Source: the human T2T-CHM13v2.0 reference genome, Homo sapiens
Assembly: GCF_009914755.1 (NCBI RefSeq)
Contig: NC_060941.1
Direction: 5' to 3' (one strand)
Length of the DNA: 64,000 bases
Shown here: piece after piece, positions 1 to 12,839 of the stretch
How positions within the stretch are numbered: the first letter of the stretch is position 1
Layout of the letters: each line of letters starts with the position of its first letter
Translations under genes and position numbers: made by a program
The notes under the pieces: model-generated
Database searches by the model: none
Seen by the model: only the letters and a program-made list of their open reading frames with translations
What the model was told of the DNA's origin: nothing

Positions 1-434
1 CCTCTTCTGTGGACCTGGTGAATGCTTTGTGGGGATGGGGGTGTCTTCCACGCTGAGTATCCTGGGCCTTAGTGAGCTTTCGGTCAGCCTCCAGCAGTAT
101 GGGCTCAGGGTTCCTATCTTATTCTGTGGGTCAGGACCCCTGACTCACTATTGAGATGCTCAGGGTATCCCAGGCTCGGCCTTGTGGGAGCCCTATCGGC
201 TGGCCCCTGGGTCCTTCCGTGTGTCCCTGATGTGATCCCAGCATTCTTGCTTCCCGGCTCCCTGGGATGTTCTTGTGCTTTTCCTGCCCAGGCTGGGCTC
301 GCCATTTCCCCCAGGAGCCCTGGTTTCTGGGAGAGGGAACCTCCTGAGGGAGGGGGAGTTAGCGGCCGAGATCTGGGTGCTGGGTGTGCTTGTGGCGCCT
401 GGGTTCCCTCTGGACAGAGCAAGAAGAGATGTTG

Positions 435-1085
435 GGGGTGTGTGTGTATGATGTGTGTGTGGTATGTGTGGGGTGTGTTATGTCTATGGCGTGTGTGTAT
501 GATGTGTCTGTGGTATGTGTGGGATGTGTTATGTCTGTGGTGTGTGTGTATGGTGCATGTGTCTGTGGTTGTGTGCGTGTGTGTGGCATTTGTGGGGTAT
601 GTATAATGTGTGTGTGTCTATGTATAGTGTGTGTGGTGTGTATGGCCGTGTATGATTGTGTGGTGCGTGTGTGTGTTTAGTGTGTGTGTGGATGGTGTGT
701 GTGGCGCATGTGTGGGTGGATGGTGTGTTGCACGCGTGTGTGCGTGGGTGGATGGTGTGTTGCACACGTGTGTGGTGCGTGTGTGGGTGGATGGTGTGTT
801 ACACACGTGTGTGGTGGGTGTGTGGCTGCGTGGTGTTTGCACGTATGTGTGGTGCATGTGTGGGTGGATGGTGTGTTGCACGCATGTGTGTGGTGCATGT
901 GTGGGTGGATGGTGTGTTGCACACATGTGTGTGGTGCATGTGTGGGTGGATGGTGTGTTGCATGCATGTGTGTGGTGTGGGTGGATGGTGTGTTGCACGC
1001 GTGTGTGCGTGGGTGGATGGTGTGTTGCACGTGTGTGTGGTGCGTGTGTGGGTGGATGGTGTGTTGGACGCATGTGTGTGTGTTT
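435..1085. repeat. TG-rich low-complexity tract grading into a ~40-bp minisatellite (core GTGGGTGGATGGTGTGTTGCAC)
   Basis: Core motif recurs about ten times at 684-1080; explains the C/V- and H/T-rich junk ORFs. Confidence 0.95.
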
Positions 1086-1448
1086 ACCACACATCCACCT
1101 CTAGCTCTGTAACTCTGCATCTGGCTACGTGCACTGAGGCTTTGCACCAACACCTCCAAATACCTGTAGAGGTCCCGGCACGGGGCTCCTCCTGGTGCTC
1201 CCCCTTCCTGGTTTGTAACTCCGTCGCTCCCACCTCCCTCGGGCTCCTGCACCCAACCCTGGGCTGCCCCCAACCGTGCCCAGCCTAAATGCTTTGGGAT
1301 GAGGTGTGAGCAGGAGGAGGGGAGGAGAAAGGAAGCGCCGTGGCCGTCTTCCAGCCAGCACCTTCCAGCTTCAATGCCCACACGCGAGTGTGATCGCCAG
1401 AACTGACGGGATATCACTGTCCCACAGGAGCCGTGCTTGGCTTCCTGA

Positions 1449-2254
<806 letters not shown>

Positions 2255-3951
2255 TAACCCTGGTGTCTGCCGTGCAGTTTCTGGGAGGTCCTGTGTAGGG
2301 GCCCCAGTGAGGACTGGCCCCCCTCCTGAGCACTGCTTACTGGGCAGTCCTACGCTCTCCCACCTGGGTCTCCAACTTCTAAGCTGGGGGCGTGAGCAAA
2401 GGCCAGGACGGCCCCTCGGAATCCAAATTGGGGCCCCAGTGGGCTTGGGGAGCTGGGGGAGCCTCAGGGGGGCCTGGGCTTTCACCACCCCAGCAGGCAG
2501 GAGTTAAAAGTTCACCTGGGCTCGGGTGCCGAATTGTCTAGGAACTCTGGTTCCCATCTCCCTTTCTCAGCGGACTCCCCACCTTTAGAATCACCCAGGG
2601 TGGTCTCCCATGGAGGGAGGGGAGGGCCCTACCTGGTGGCCTCTCGTCCAGCCCACCCTGCCTCCTGGGGGTCTCTTCCCCGTGTTTCTATAACCCCAGA
2701 GCCATAAAACTGACAACAGGTCCAGCAAAGAGACTGGATTTTATTTAGATCCATAGCCCTTCTTAACGCCACAGCCGGGGCACAGCCTGCGGCCGGGGTG
2801 CCACCATGTCACCTGACACAGAGGAATCCACCAGCGCCCGCCCATGTCTCATGGCCACACGGGGGCCATCTAGGCTCCCACAGAGGGCTGTGTTGGAGGG
2901 GCAGCTGAGGCTCCAGGAGGAGGGACAGACTTTGCAGGGGGCTTCAAGCTGTTCCTGACCCTGCCCCGGCCTGGTGCTCTGGGCCGGGCAGGGGTGTGCT
3001 CAGAGCCCATCCTTGGCCAGAGCTCCAGAAGCCGCTGCCCCAGGGCTTTTCTCCTCCATCTGACGCATCTGCTCCCCGGCACCAGCCTGGCTCAGACACC
3101 CTCCAGCCCGTGTGTGTGTTCCCGTGGTGGCTCCCATGCTAGGCCAAGGCTTGGGTGGGGCTGAGGCCCAGGGTGTGCTGAGCAGGCCGGGCACCCAGGC
3201 ACTGCCTGTCATGACTGAAGAGGGCCTGGAGGAACCATGGGGGGCCGGTGGAGTCTGTGCGGGGCGGGGATGGGGGTGCCTTTGAGGCTTTCCCGGTAGG
3301 TTACCCCTTGCCTCCAGAGGCCTCTCCCTGGAGCCAGGCAGCCAAAAGACCCTTGTTGGAAACACCACCAGCTGCAGCCCCAGCTCCACAGACTGACGGT
3401 CCAGTCCCCTGGCGGCCACCACTGGGGTTTGGGGACTGGGGAGACGGCGCAGCTGAGAATCCTGGGAGGCCTGGAGACCGCACCACCGGGCCGTGCATCA
3501 GGATGGGGGACACCTGGCAAAGCCCAGCTGTTCTGTGCCAGCCCTGAGAGACCTGCAGCCAGCTGGCCAAGGTAGGGGGTTGAGCCTCCCCTCCCCAGGT
3601 GGCTCCGGGACCCAAGGAGAGAGCCCAGGAGGGCCGGCTCCGCCCACCCTCCCCCTTTCCTGGGAGGTGGGGAACAAGAACAAGGGGCTGGGTTGGGCCA
3701 CCCACATCTGCTCCCCGGCACCAGCCTGGCTCAGACACCCTCCAGCCCGTCGCTCGCTCCAGATGAGGAGGGCCACAGGGTATTTTCCACGAGGAATTTA
3801 GAAATAGCTGTCGGCAGAGCCTTGGTAGGCAGGCTCCCTGTACCCAGGACCCTCACACCCACGTCCCAATTGCCCCACCAAGGGGGCCTGTGACTTCCCA
3901 AGGGACTTCCCCCCAGGGGGACTCCACGCCCCCCTTCTCTCTCTGCATGCC

Positions 3952-4360
3952 AGGGTAGAGTTGTGGCCCCCAAAATTCACATGTTGAAGTCCAGGACCTC
4001 AGAATGGGACCTTATTGGGAAATAGGATCACTGCTGACTATACTTAGTTACGATGAGGCCGTGTTGTGTGGTGGGCCCTATCCTCGACGACAGTTGCCCC
4101 ACAGTAGAAAGGGCAGATCCAGACACCAACATGCACACAGGGAGGACCCGTGTGGACATGAGGGCAGAGGTTGGGCGAGGCGGCCGCAGGCCAACAGACG
4201 CCAAGGATGATCTCAGCCTGTGGAAGAGGGGGCGGCCCAGGACAGTCCGGGCTCACGGCCTCAGGGAGCCACCCCGATGGGCTCTGGCCTCGGGAACTGC
4301 GAGGCAGTTTCTGTTGTGTGAAGCTCCCCAGTCTGTGGACCTTGTTCCTGCAGCTCGGGA
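3952..4360 (+). mobile_element. MaLR LTR (MLT1-type) remnant
   Basis: CCCCCAAAATTCACATGTTGAAGTCC…CCTCAGAATGGGACCTTATTGGGAAATAGG start and TTTCTGTTGTGTGAAGC end are typical of MLT1. Confidence 0.8.
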
Positions 4361-5369
4361 AACTCACACCGCACATCCTGGCGCGCAGGCCAGGCCGCCG
4401 CCCGGGTTTGAGGCCTTGCTGCTCCCTTGCTGCCCCCAGCCACCCGCACACTCTCACGGAGCCCAGCTCACGACACCCATGTAGTGTGCGACACTTTTGG
4501 AGAACCACAGGAATGTCCTTGATTAAAGCGTGCGCAGGGAGAAACGTGGCCTTGTTCCCACAGATGCCCACCAGGGTCCCTCACCTGCTCCCCCTTGGCG
4601 CTGGCCTTGGCCCCTTCCAGCCTGCCCCACCAGGCGGCCGCTCTGGTCCAGGGGCCTGGGTTTGGTCCCTTCCTTGGGCACTTGCAGGCGCTCTTCCTGG
4701 CCTGTCTGCCCTCTGCCCTCCCCTTTTCCTGGCCTGTCTGCCCTCTGCCGTCCCCTGCGGCATCCCCCAGCCCCAAGGGCGGTGGTCCCATGGCCAGACG
4801 GGATTCCTGTTGGGCTCCCGAGCTCTGGAAATGCGGCCGCTGCTCTGCAAATGTGCCTTCTCTGGGCCCTTCCGCCCTTCGAGTCCATCTCCCTCCCTGG
4901 CCTCCACGGTAGGTCCAGGTGAGCAGGGTCCCCTGTGGCCCCCACAGTCCCCTTGTGTCACCAGGCACCATCTGTCCCAGCCTAATTGCTGGAGCTGCTG
5001 ACATCTGGGCCGGCCACAGTGCCTTCGAGGGCCTGGTTGGTCTCTGAGGCACGGCATCCTGCAGCTGAGGGCCTTCCCTGACGGCTGTGCCCTCCACCAG
5101 CCAGGGCCCAGGCACAGCCCCTGAGGCAGGGTGTACATCCCTGGAGGCTGCGGTTGGGGAGGTGGTGGGATGAGCTGCCCTGTACCATGGCTGCGTGTGG
5201 GAAACAGCAGGAGGCCGGGGGAGCAGTGAACGGAGCTGGGCCCGCTTCAGGGATCTCGGCCTAGGGCAGGGGGTAGAATAAGGGAACAGAACCAAATTTG
5301 TCAGGGGGTGTGAAAGCTGCAAAGGGCTGGTCGGACAGGGAAAGGGGTTCTGGAGGGGAGGGTTTCTTT

Positions 5370-5790
5370 GTGTAGTGGGTGGAATGGTGGCCTCCAATAT
5401 GTGATGTCCAACCAGAATCTCAGAATCTCAGAATTGGAGCAAGGGTCTTTGCAGCTGTCATGGAGAGGTTATCTGGAGATGAGGTCATCCCGGATCATCC
5501 CAGGGGGCCCTAAGCCCAACGACCCTCATCCTTATAAGGGATGGAAGAGGAGGAGAAACTCACATGAGATGAAGGCAGAGGCCAGAGTGATGGGGCCACA
5601 GGCCGAGGAGCACGGGAACCAGGGGGAGCTGGAAAGGCGGAAGGGCTCTGCCCAGAGCCTCTGGGGGCAGCAGGGCCCTGTGGACACCTTGGTTTCAGGC
5701 TCCCGGCCCTGGGAGCTGTAGGAGGACACCTGTGCTGTTGTGAGCCTGCCACCCTGGGGTCCTCCATGTGGCAGCCCAGGACCCCAGTGT
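5370..5790 (+). mobile_element. MaLR LTR (MLT1-type) remnant
   Basis: TGTAGTGGGTGGAATGGTGGCC start; GAGATGAGGTCATCC, CATCCTTATAAG, GACACCTTGGTTTCAGGCTCCCGGCC motifs. Confidence 0.75.
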
Positions 5791-7259
5791 TCTTTGTTCA
5801 GTGGTTCTGGGGTCTCCGAGGTGCTGGGAAGCACAGGTGTGGGGGACCTCAAGACAGGTGGGGCTTTCCCAAAGGAGCAGAGGAGGCACCTGCAGAGGGG
5901 CCCAGAGAGCACACCCGGGTTCAGCAGATGGTGTAGAGGGCGCCCGGGCAGAGGATGCACGGGCAAAGGCCCTGGGTTGTGCAGGGCGTTTATAGACGTG
6001 CATGGAGTCGGGGAGAGGAGGGCCGGCCCTGGGGGCCGCCTGGGCAGGGCTCCTGCCCGCAGACCAGACCCAGAGCTGGCCAGTCCACTCTGGGAGAGTC
6101 AGGGTCGGGGGAGCAGGAGGGGGATCCGCAAGCTAGAAGGGTCTCGGGGCTGGCCAGGCTGAGGCCGCGCAGCCTGTGATGAAGGGGGCCGTGAGGGGCT
6201 CTCTTCTCCTGAGAGAATTCTAGAACCAGTGGGTGGCTCAGGCCCTGAGACTGGGCGTACTGGGGTGTGTCCATCTGGGACCCAACATGGCAGCCTCCCA
6301 GGCCTCAGGAGCTCTCTGGCCTGTGCCACGTGTCCCCAGTGCCCTGGTGGGCTCTGTCCCTACACAGCAGCTTCTTGGGTAGTAGGTGGGCTGCAAAGGG
6401 ATATCTGAGTTGGGGGTCAGGGGCTGCAGCGACTTGAGCTCAGCCCAGGTGCATGGTGTGAGGAAGCTGTCCCTCTAGACGGCTCGGGGCCCTGAGCTCA
6501 GTGCTCCAGGCCTGCCCCCACGGTCCCTAGAGGGAGGCAGGTGGACAGGACATGCCTGGACAGGACAGAGCCTGGGCTGGCAAACACTTGGAGGGGGCTG
6601 GGGCTCCCGCCTGCCTCTCCCCAGCACCGTCTCAGCACAGGTGAGCAGAGAAACCAGACCCTCCCCCTCAGCCTGTTGGAGGGCAGAAGTGAACACCCCT
6701 GTCCCCCAAATCCCTGTCATGCTTTTTTGAGCCCCAGGAGGGGACACGGCATTGTCCTGGAGCCACAGCATTGGTCTGACTCTGACTCGCATTCGATGAT
6801 GGTGGACCCGTGGGCAGGTCACGCTCCTCCCTGGGCCTCAGGAGCCGCCCAGTGCCAGAGCCGGGGGCACAGCATGGCAAATGTCATTCCCAGCCTGCCT
6901 GGCTGCCTGGCAGCTCTCGAGAGAAGCCCACAGCCCCGCTCCTGTCTCCCTGCTTCCTTTGAGTGAGGCCCGGCCTGGCCCTCTGCCGTGTTCAGGCCAC
7001 CAGCACCGGCTGCACAGCCAGCGCCCACCAGAGTTGACTCCTCGGGCCTCTGAGCACCTTCCCACTGCCTGGAGTGGCCGGCTGACCAGCGTCCATGCAC
7101 TGCCTTCCCCACCCAGAGGCATCTCCCTGTCATTGTTGAGTGCGCAGTTCCCAGCTAGCAATCACCTCCCCATCCTCACGAGCACCGGGCATGGTCCTGT
7201 GACTACAACCTGAGCAATATAAGCAGAAGGGCTGGGCCGACTTCATGGCTTGCCAAAAG

Positions 7260-7820
7260 ACCCTCCCCCTCCCCCTCCTCCTTCCCTTTCTCTTCCCCCT
7301 TCCCCTTCCCCTTCTCCCCCTTCCCCTTCCACTCCTCTTCCCCTCCCCCTCCCCTCCCCTTCCCCCTTCCTCTTTCCTTTCTCCTCCCCTTCCCCTCCCC
7401 CTCCGCCTTCCCCTCCCCTTCCTCTCTCCCTTCCCCTTCCCTTTCTCCTTCCCTCCCCCTTGCCCTTCCCCTTCCCCTTCCCTTTCTCCTTCCCCTCCCC
7501 CTTCCCCTTCCCCTCCCCCTTCCCTCCCCCTTCCCCTTCCCCTTCCCCTCCCCTTCCCCTCCCCCTCCCCCTTCCCTTTCCCTTTCTCCTTCCCCTCCCC
7601 ATCCCCCTTCCCCTTCCCCTCCCCCTTCCCCTTCCCCTCCCCTTCCCCTCCCCCTCCCCCCTCCCCCTTCCCTTTCCCTTTCTCCTTCCCCTCCCCCTCC
7701 CCCTTCCCCTTCCCCTTCCCTTTCTCCTTCCCCTCCCCCTTCACTTTCCCTTTCTCCTTCCCCTTCCCTTCCCCCTTCCGTCCCCCTTCCCCTTCCCCTT
7801 CCTCTTCCCCTCCCCCTTCT
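7260..7820. repeat. Polypyrimidine/polypurine microsatellite (CCCCTT/CCCCCT variants), ~560 bp
   Basis: Almost pure C/T run directly abutting the tail end of a minus-strand Alu. Confidence 0.97.
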
Positions 7821-7821
7821 C

Positions 7822-8034
7822 TGAATCAGGGTCTCACTCTGTCACCCAGGCTGAGGTACAGTGGTGAGATCATACCTGGGACCACAGGTGCACATGGCTA
7901 ATTCTTGTATTTTTTGTAGCGACAGGGTTTTGCCATGTTGGCCAGGCTGGTCTCAGACTCCTGGGCTCAAGTGATCCACCAGCCTCGGCTTCCCAAAGTG
8001 TTGGGATTACAGGTGTGAGCCTCCATGCCCAGCC
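7822..8034 (-). mobile_element. AluJ-like, internally deleted
   Basis: GGGTCTCACTCTGTCACCCAGGCTG … CTCCTGGGCTCAAGTGATCC … CCCAAAGTGTTGGGATTACAGG; part of right arm missing. Confidence 0.85.
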
Positions 8035-8154
8035 CCAGCTGAAAGCTTTTCAGTAGTCTTTTACCTTCCCTCCTTTCTCCTTCCTGCTGCCTGGAATGCA
8101 GATGCAATGGCTGGAGCTCCTGCGGTTGCTATGGAACCATCCTTGACTTCTCCC

Positions 8155-8530
8155 TTTCAGTCACACCCCTCATCCAATCTATCGGGAAATTCTGTTGAGT
8201 CCATGTTCAGATATCCACAGCTTGGACCACTTCTCCCCACTTCCTGTGTCTCCACCACGATCCGGGTTATCTCTCTCCGGGATCGTCATGTTCTCCTCAC
8301 TTCCGTCCTGGCCTCCCCATGGTCTGTTCCCACCCAGCAGCCAGAGGGTGAGACCATGTCAGCCTCTGCTCAAACCCACCCTCAGCCCAGGTCCTCACAG
8401 GCACCCTGCAGGATGCGCCCTGCCTCCCCTCGGGCCCTCCCAGCACCCCCTAGCTCACTGCCTGGCAACCCCACTCCTGCTGGTGGGCCTACAAAAGCTC
8501 TGTAGCATTTGCTGAGGAACAAATGAAACC
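8155..8530 (+). mobile_element. L2 LINE remnant
   Basis: CATCCAATCTATCGGGAAATTCTGTTG…GACCACTTCTCCCCAC resembles L2 consensus; ATTTGCTGAGGAACAAATGAA resembles the L2 3' end. Confidence 0.6.
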
Positions 8531-8729
8531 TGGACCCCAGGGATGGAGGCCGTGGTGGGGGGGCACCATGGAGAGGGGGAGGCACTGTAGAGGTGGGGAC
8601 ACCGTGGAGATGGGGGGGGCGCCGCCCCAGCCCGGCTGCCTGCCCACCACCCATTGAGCAAGCCTCTGGTATTTAAGCCACTGTTTGATTTAGGGCCCAA
8701 TGAACGAAGCCAGCCAATAGCAATCTCTC

Positions 8730-8810
8730 ACTGTTACCCTCTCCATTTTATAGATGGAGAAACCGAGGCTCAGAGAGGCAACGCAGTGTGCTCAAGGCCA
8801 CAAGACTTCT
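8730..8810 (-). mobile_element. MIR core
   Basis: CCATTTTATAGATGGAGAAACCGAGGCTCAGAGAGG…CAAGGCCACA. Confidence 0.85.
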
Positions 8811-8852
8811 AGGTGTGGGCCTGGGCTGCATGCAGGGTGAAGGTTATCATGA

Positions 8853-9479
<627 letters not shown>

Positions 9480-9969
9480 TAACACCGCAGACGTGTGTTA
9501 CCCAGGGCGGGGCCCCTGAGAGCTGGGGTGGTTCAGAGCCCGTCCCCACTCCGGGAGCAACGTCAGGGCGGGGCGGGGCTGGACGGACAATGTGACCTTT
9601 GCAATGTCCCCGAACAAGAACTGCAGATGGTAATCACGGCCACCAGGAGGAAACTTCCTCTGAATCTTCCACTACCGTGGTGTAACTAGGGAGGGTGTTG
9701 GAGCATTCAGCGAGATAAAAAGCCTGCTTTTGTCTACACTTTTTCCGTTTTCTAAAAATTCCAGACACAAGGGGAGAGCTGCCCAAACACAGAGGTGGAG
9801 AGGAGCCTGTCCGGACACAGGGACACAGGCAGCTCCGGCAGTGACCACTTGGGCCTCAGAGAAACTCACAGGTGGCCACTACTCCTGTTTGGAGCTGGAG
9901 GCAGATCATCTGGGGCGCCTCGGGGTAGGGAGGAGCTGGTGGACAGCACGCCCCACTTCTTCCCCAGCC

Positions 9970-9985
9970 CCTCCAGGGGGAGCTG
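9970..9985 (+). promoter_or_regulatory. Candidate CTCF motif
   Basis: CCTCCAGGGGGAGCTG fits the CTCF core; motif match only. Confidence 0.35.
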
Positions 9986-11079
9986 CCATTCCGCAGCTGG
10001 TCCACCCAGCCCCAGGAAGGGGGAGGCTCCCCAGGACAGTAGCCCAAAGAGCAGAGGGTCTCCCCGAGAAGGTGCACCCCAGGCAGGGCTTATCCACATA
10101 CCACTAGGCTGGGGGCCCTGCTCCGGGGGGTTGGGGTGGCTGGAACCTTAGATGGTCCCATCCTGTTGGGGGGCTTCCTGGGCCGCTTTGCTGCTCCCAA
10201 CTGTGGAAGGTTCTCTCTTGCCTTCCCTTTCCTGCTGTTAGAAGCACCCCAGCCCCTCCAGGCAGCCCCCAGGGCCCGAGTGATGAATCACTGACTTCTT
10301 GCCAGGCTCCGGTCGTGATGCGGGGTGGCAGAGGGATGTGGGCAACGCAGCTGGGAGTCCCGGGGCACAGCCGGGCTCTCTCCAGGCTCCCCATCCAGCA
10401 GCTGCGCACCCCCCCAAACACACGCCGGGCTCCCCGCACCCGGAAGCTGCCCACAACCGGCAGGACAGGTCGGTGGGCCCCGGGGAGGAATGCAGGAATG
10501 CTGCGTGCCCAGGCGAGGGGCCCTGCGCCCGCCCAAGGGGCTCTCCAGCTGCGCAGGGGCCGGGGCGGATGGAGCCGGGGTAATTAAAGCTGGTGACAGC
10601 TGAGGAGGGATAGAGACAGGAACACAGGTGGGGTCCCAGGCCCCTCCGCTTGCTCCCCAGGCAGAGGGCTGGAGCGGCCCCCAGGAGAGTGCCACCTTCG
10701 TGGGGCAGGAAGAGAAGGTTGCAGGGGCACTGGGTGTCAGTGGACATTGAGGTCTAGGAGAGGCCAGCTCTCAGCTGCAAAGGGCAGGCAGAGTCACCAT
10801 GTGCCGGGCCTGGCCGGGCCCTCCCAGTTCCCATCCAGACACCCAGACACCCAGACACCCAGACACTGGTCTCGTCCAGGCCATCACGTGGTCAGGAATG
10901 GTGTCTGCCTTTGATAGGTGAGGACCCGGGTGCTGTAGGATCTGCTGCTCTAAATGAAGGCAGGCGGTGCTGCCCCAGCGGGAGGACAGCAGCTCCAGGC
11001 CTGACAAGGCTCTAGGCCTCAGCTTCCTTATCTCTCCCGAGCCCAGGTTGACATCCCTTTCCCACCTTCCACAGCCAGA

Positions 11080-11220
11080 GGACTAGACAAGTGTCTTCAC
11101 CGGAGCCTCGTTTCCTCATCTGAAATATAGCGCTAACCACCCCTCCCTCCCGTGGCTGTGGCAATAAATTAAATGAAGCCCACAGAGGACCTAGCACACA
11201 GTACGTGCTTAATCAATACA
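11080..11220 (+). mobile_element. MIR
   Basis: GAGCCTCGTTTCCTCATCTGAAATA…ATTAAATGA…GCACACAGTACGTGCTTAAT. Confidence 0.8.
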
Positions 11221-12505
11221 GAACCCCTCCCCCAGCACTGCCCGCCCTTCCCCTGGAAGCAGCCACGCTTACCTCCACCACCTCCTCTCCATGGTCATCA
11301 AACACTCGTGACAGGCCGGCCTCCCCCTGCTGAGACCCTGAGAGGTCCAGGCCTCTGCTCCTCGTCTCTGCCACGCCTGGTGTCATGAGGGTGAAACAGG
11401 CCCTTGGGGGACGTTCGGACTGGCTTCCTGTGATGGCCGCCAGCATTAGTAGCGTTGTTACTGCTGCCTGGACACACACAGACGCCTCACAGAGCAATGC
11501 AACATGTGGGTGAAGTTTTCAGATAAAATCGGAGATTTAATAGAATTCCCGCAGGGTGCTGAGCTCCAAACCCAGGCCACACATGGCACACGCAGGGCCT
11601 GTCAGGGCTGGGGCTGATGACCAGGGTCAAGGGGATCCCAGGGCCCTCCAGCTCTCCCCCAGCTCCTGATGTGGAGGGGAGGGAACTCCCGCTCACCCCC
11701 AGAGAGAAGGGAGTCCACACACCGCATCTGAGCTGGCGGTGGGCAGGGTACCCACCTCGGTGAGCAGCCTGGGGTGGGCCTGGGGTCAGGCTGAGGTCCC
11801 GGTGACAAAGGCTGGGGAGGTGGATGCAGACAGCCTCCACTTTCACCATGGCCTCCCTCCTCTGAGGCCAGGCCTGGGATGCTTCTGCCCCACAGCTCCG
11901 GTCCACCTGCCAGGCCTGTCCGTCCTTGGATGAGGGCAGGGAGAGGTGGGGTGGCCACTGGCAAGTAGAGACTTCAAAAGTGCACGGTGGCCCTTCCACG
12001 CCCTTTGCTTCTTAGCCCCCAACCCTCTGCCAGGCTTTCTCCCTTTTTCCCACGCCCCGCACAGACAGGTATCCTGCCCTCAGCATCTCACAGGGGTGAG
12101 TGGCAGCCAGGAGCAGCAGCAGATGCCTGTGGGGAGATGAGACGCCCTCAGCTCCCAGGCCCCGCTCCTGGGGAAAAACAGGGCCCCAGGAAGGTGCCCC
12201 AACCGTTCCTGGGGGCCCCAGCCCCGAACAGGGGGTCTTGAAAGGGAACTCTTGTGTGGTGAGTGCCCCCTGAGGGCTGAGCCACAAGGTCACCTTGATT
12301 TCTCAGCGGACGGAGGCTGAGCTGGCTAGGGTTCCAGGCTGGGTGTGGGAGGGTCACCCCAACAGGCGATGCCCGAGAGGTGTCCGGGCCTGGCTTTCCA
12401 CGAGGAAGAACCAGTCCCCTGTGCCATCTGCAGGGCTTGCCACACAATCTGGGGACCCGGTGCAGGAGGAGAATTCCTGGCCACTTGTTTAGGAGGCAGG
12501 AAAAG

Positions 12506-12839
<334 letters not shown>

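Noticed and set aside
4171-5397. 276-aa and 309-aa ORFs
   Set aside because: Start within MLT1 LTR remnants; no recognisable homology.
7130-7901. G/E/K- and P/F/S-rich ORFs
   Set aside because: Translations of the CT microsatellite.
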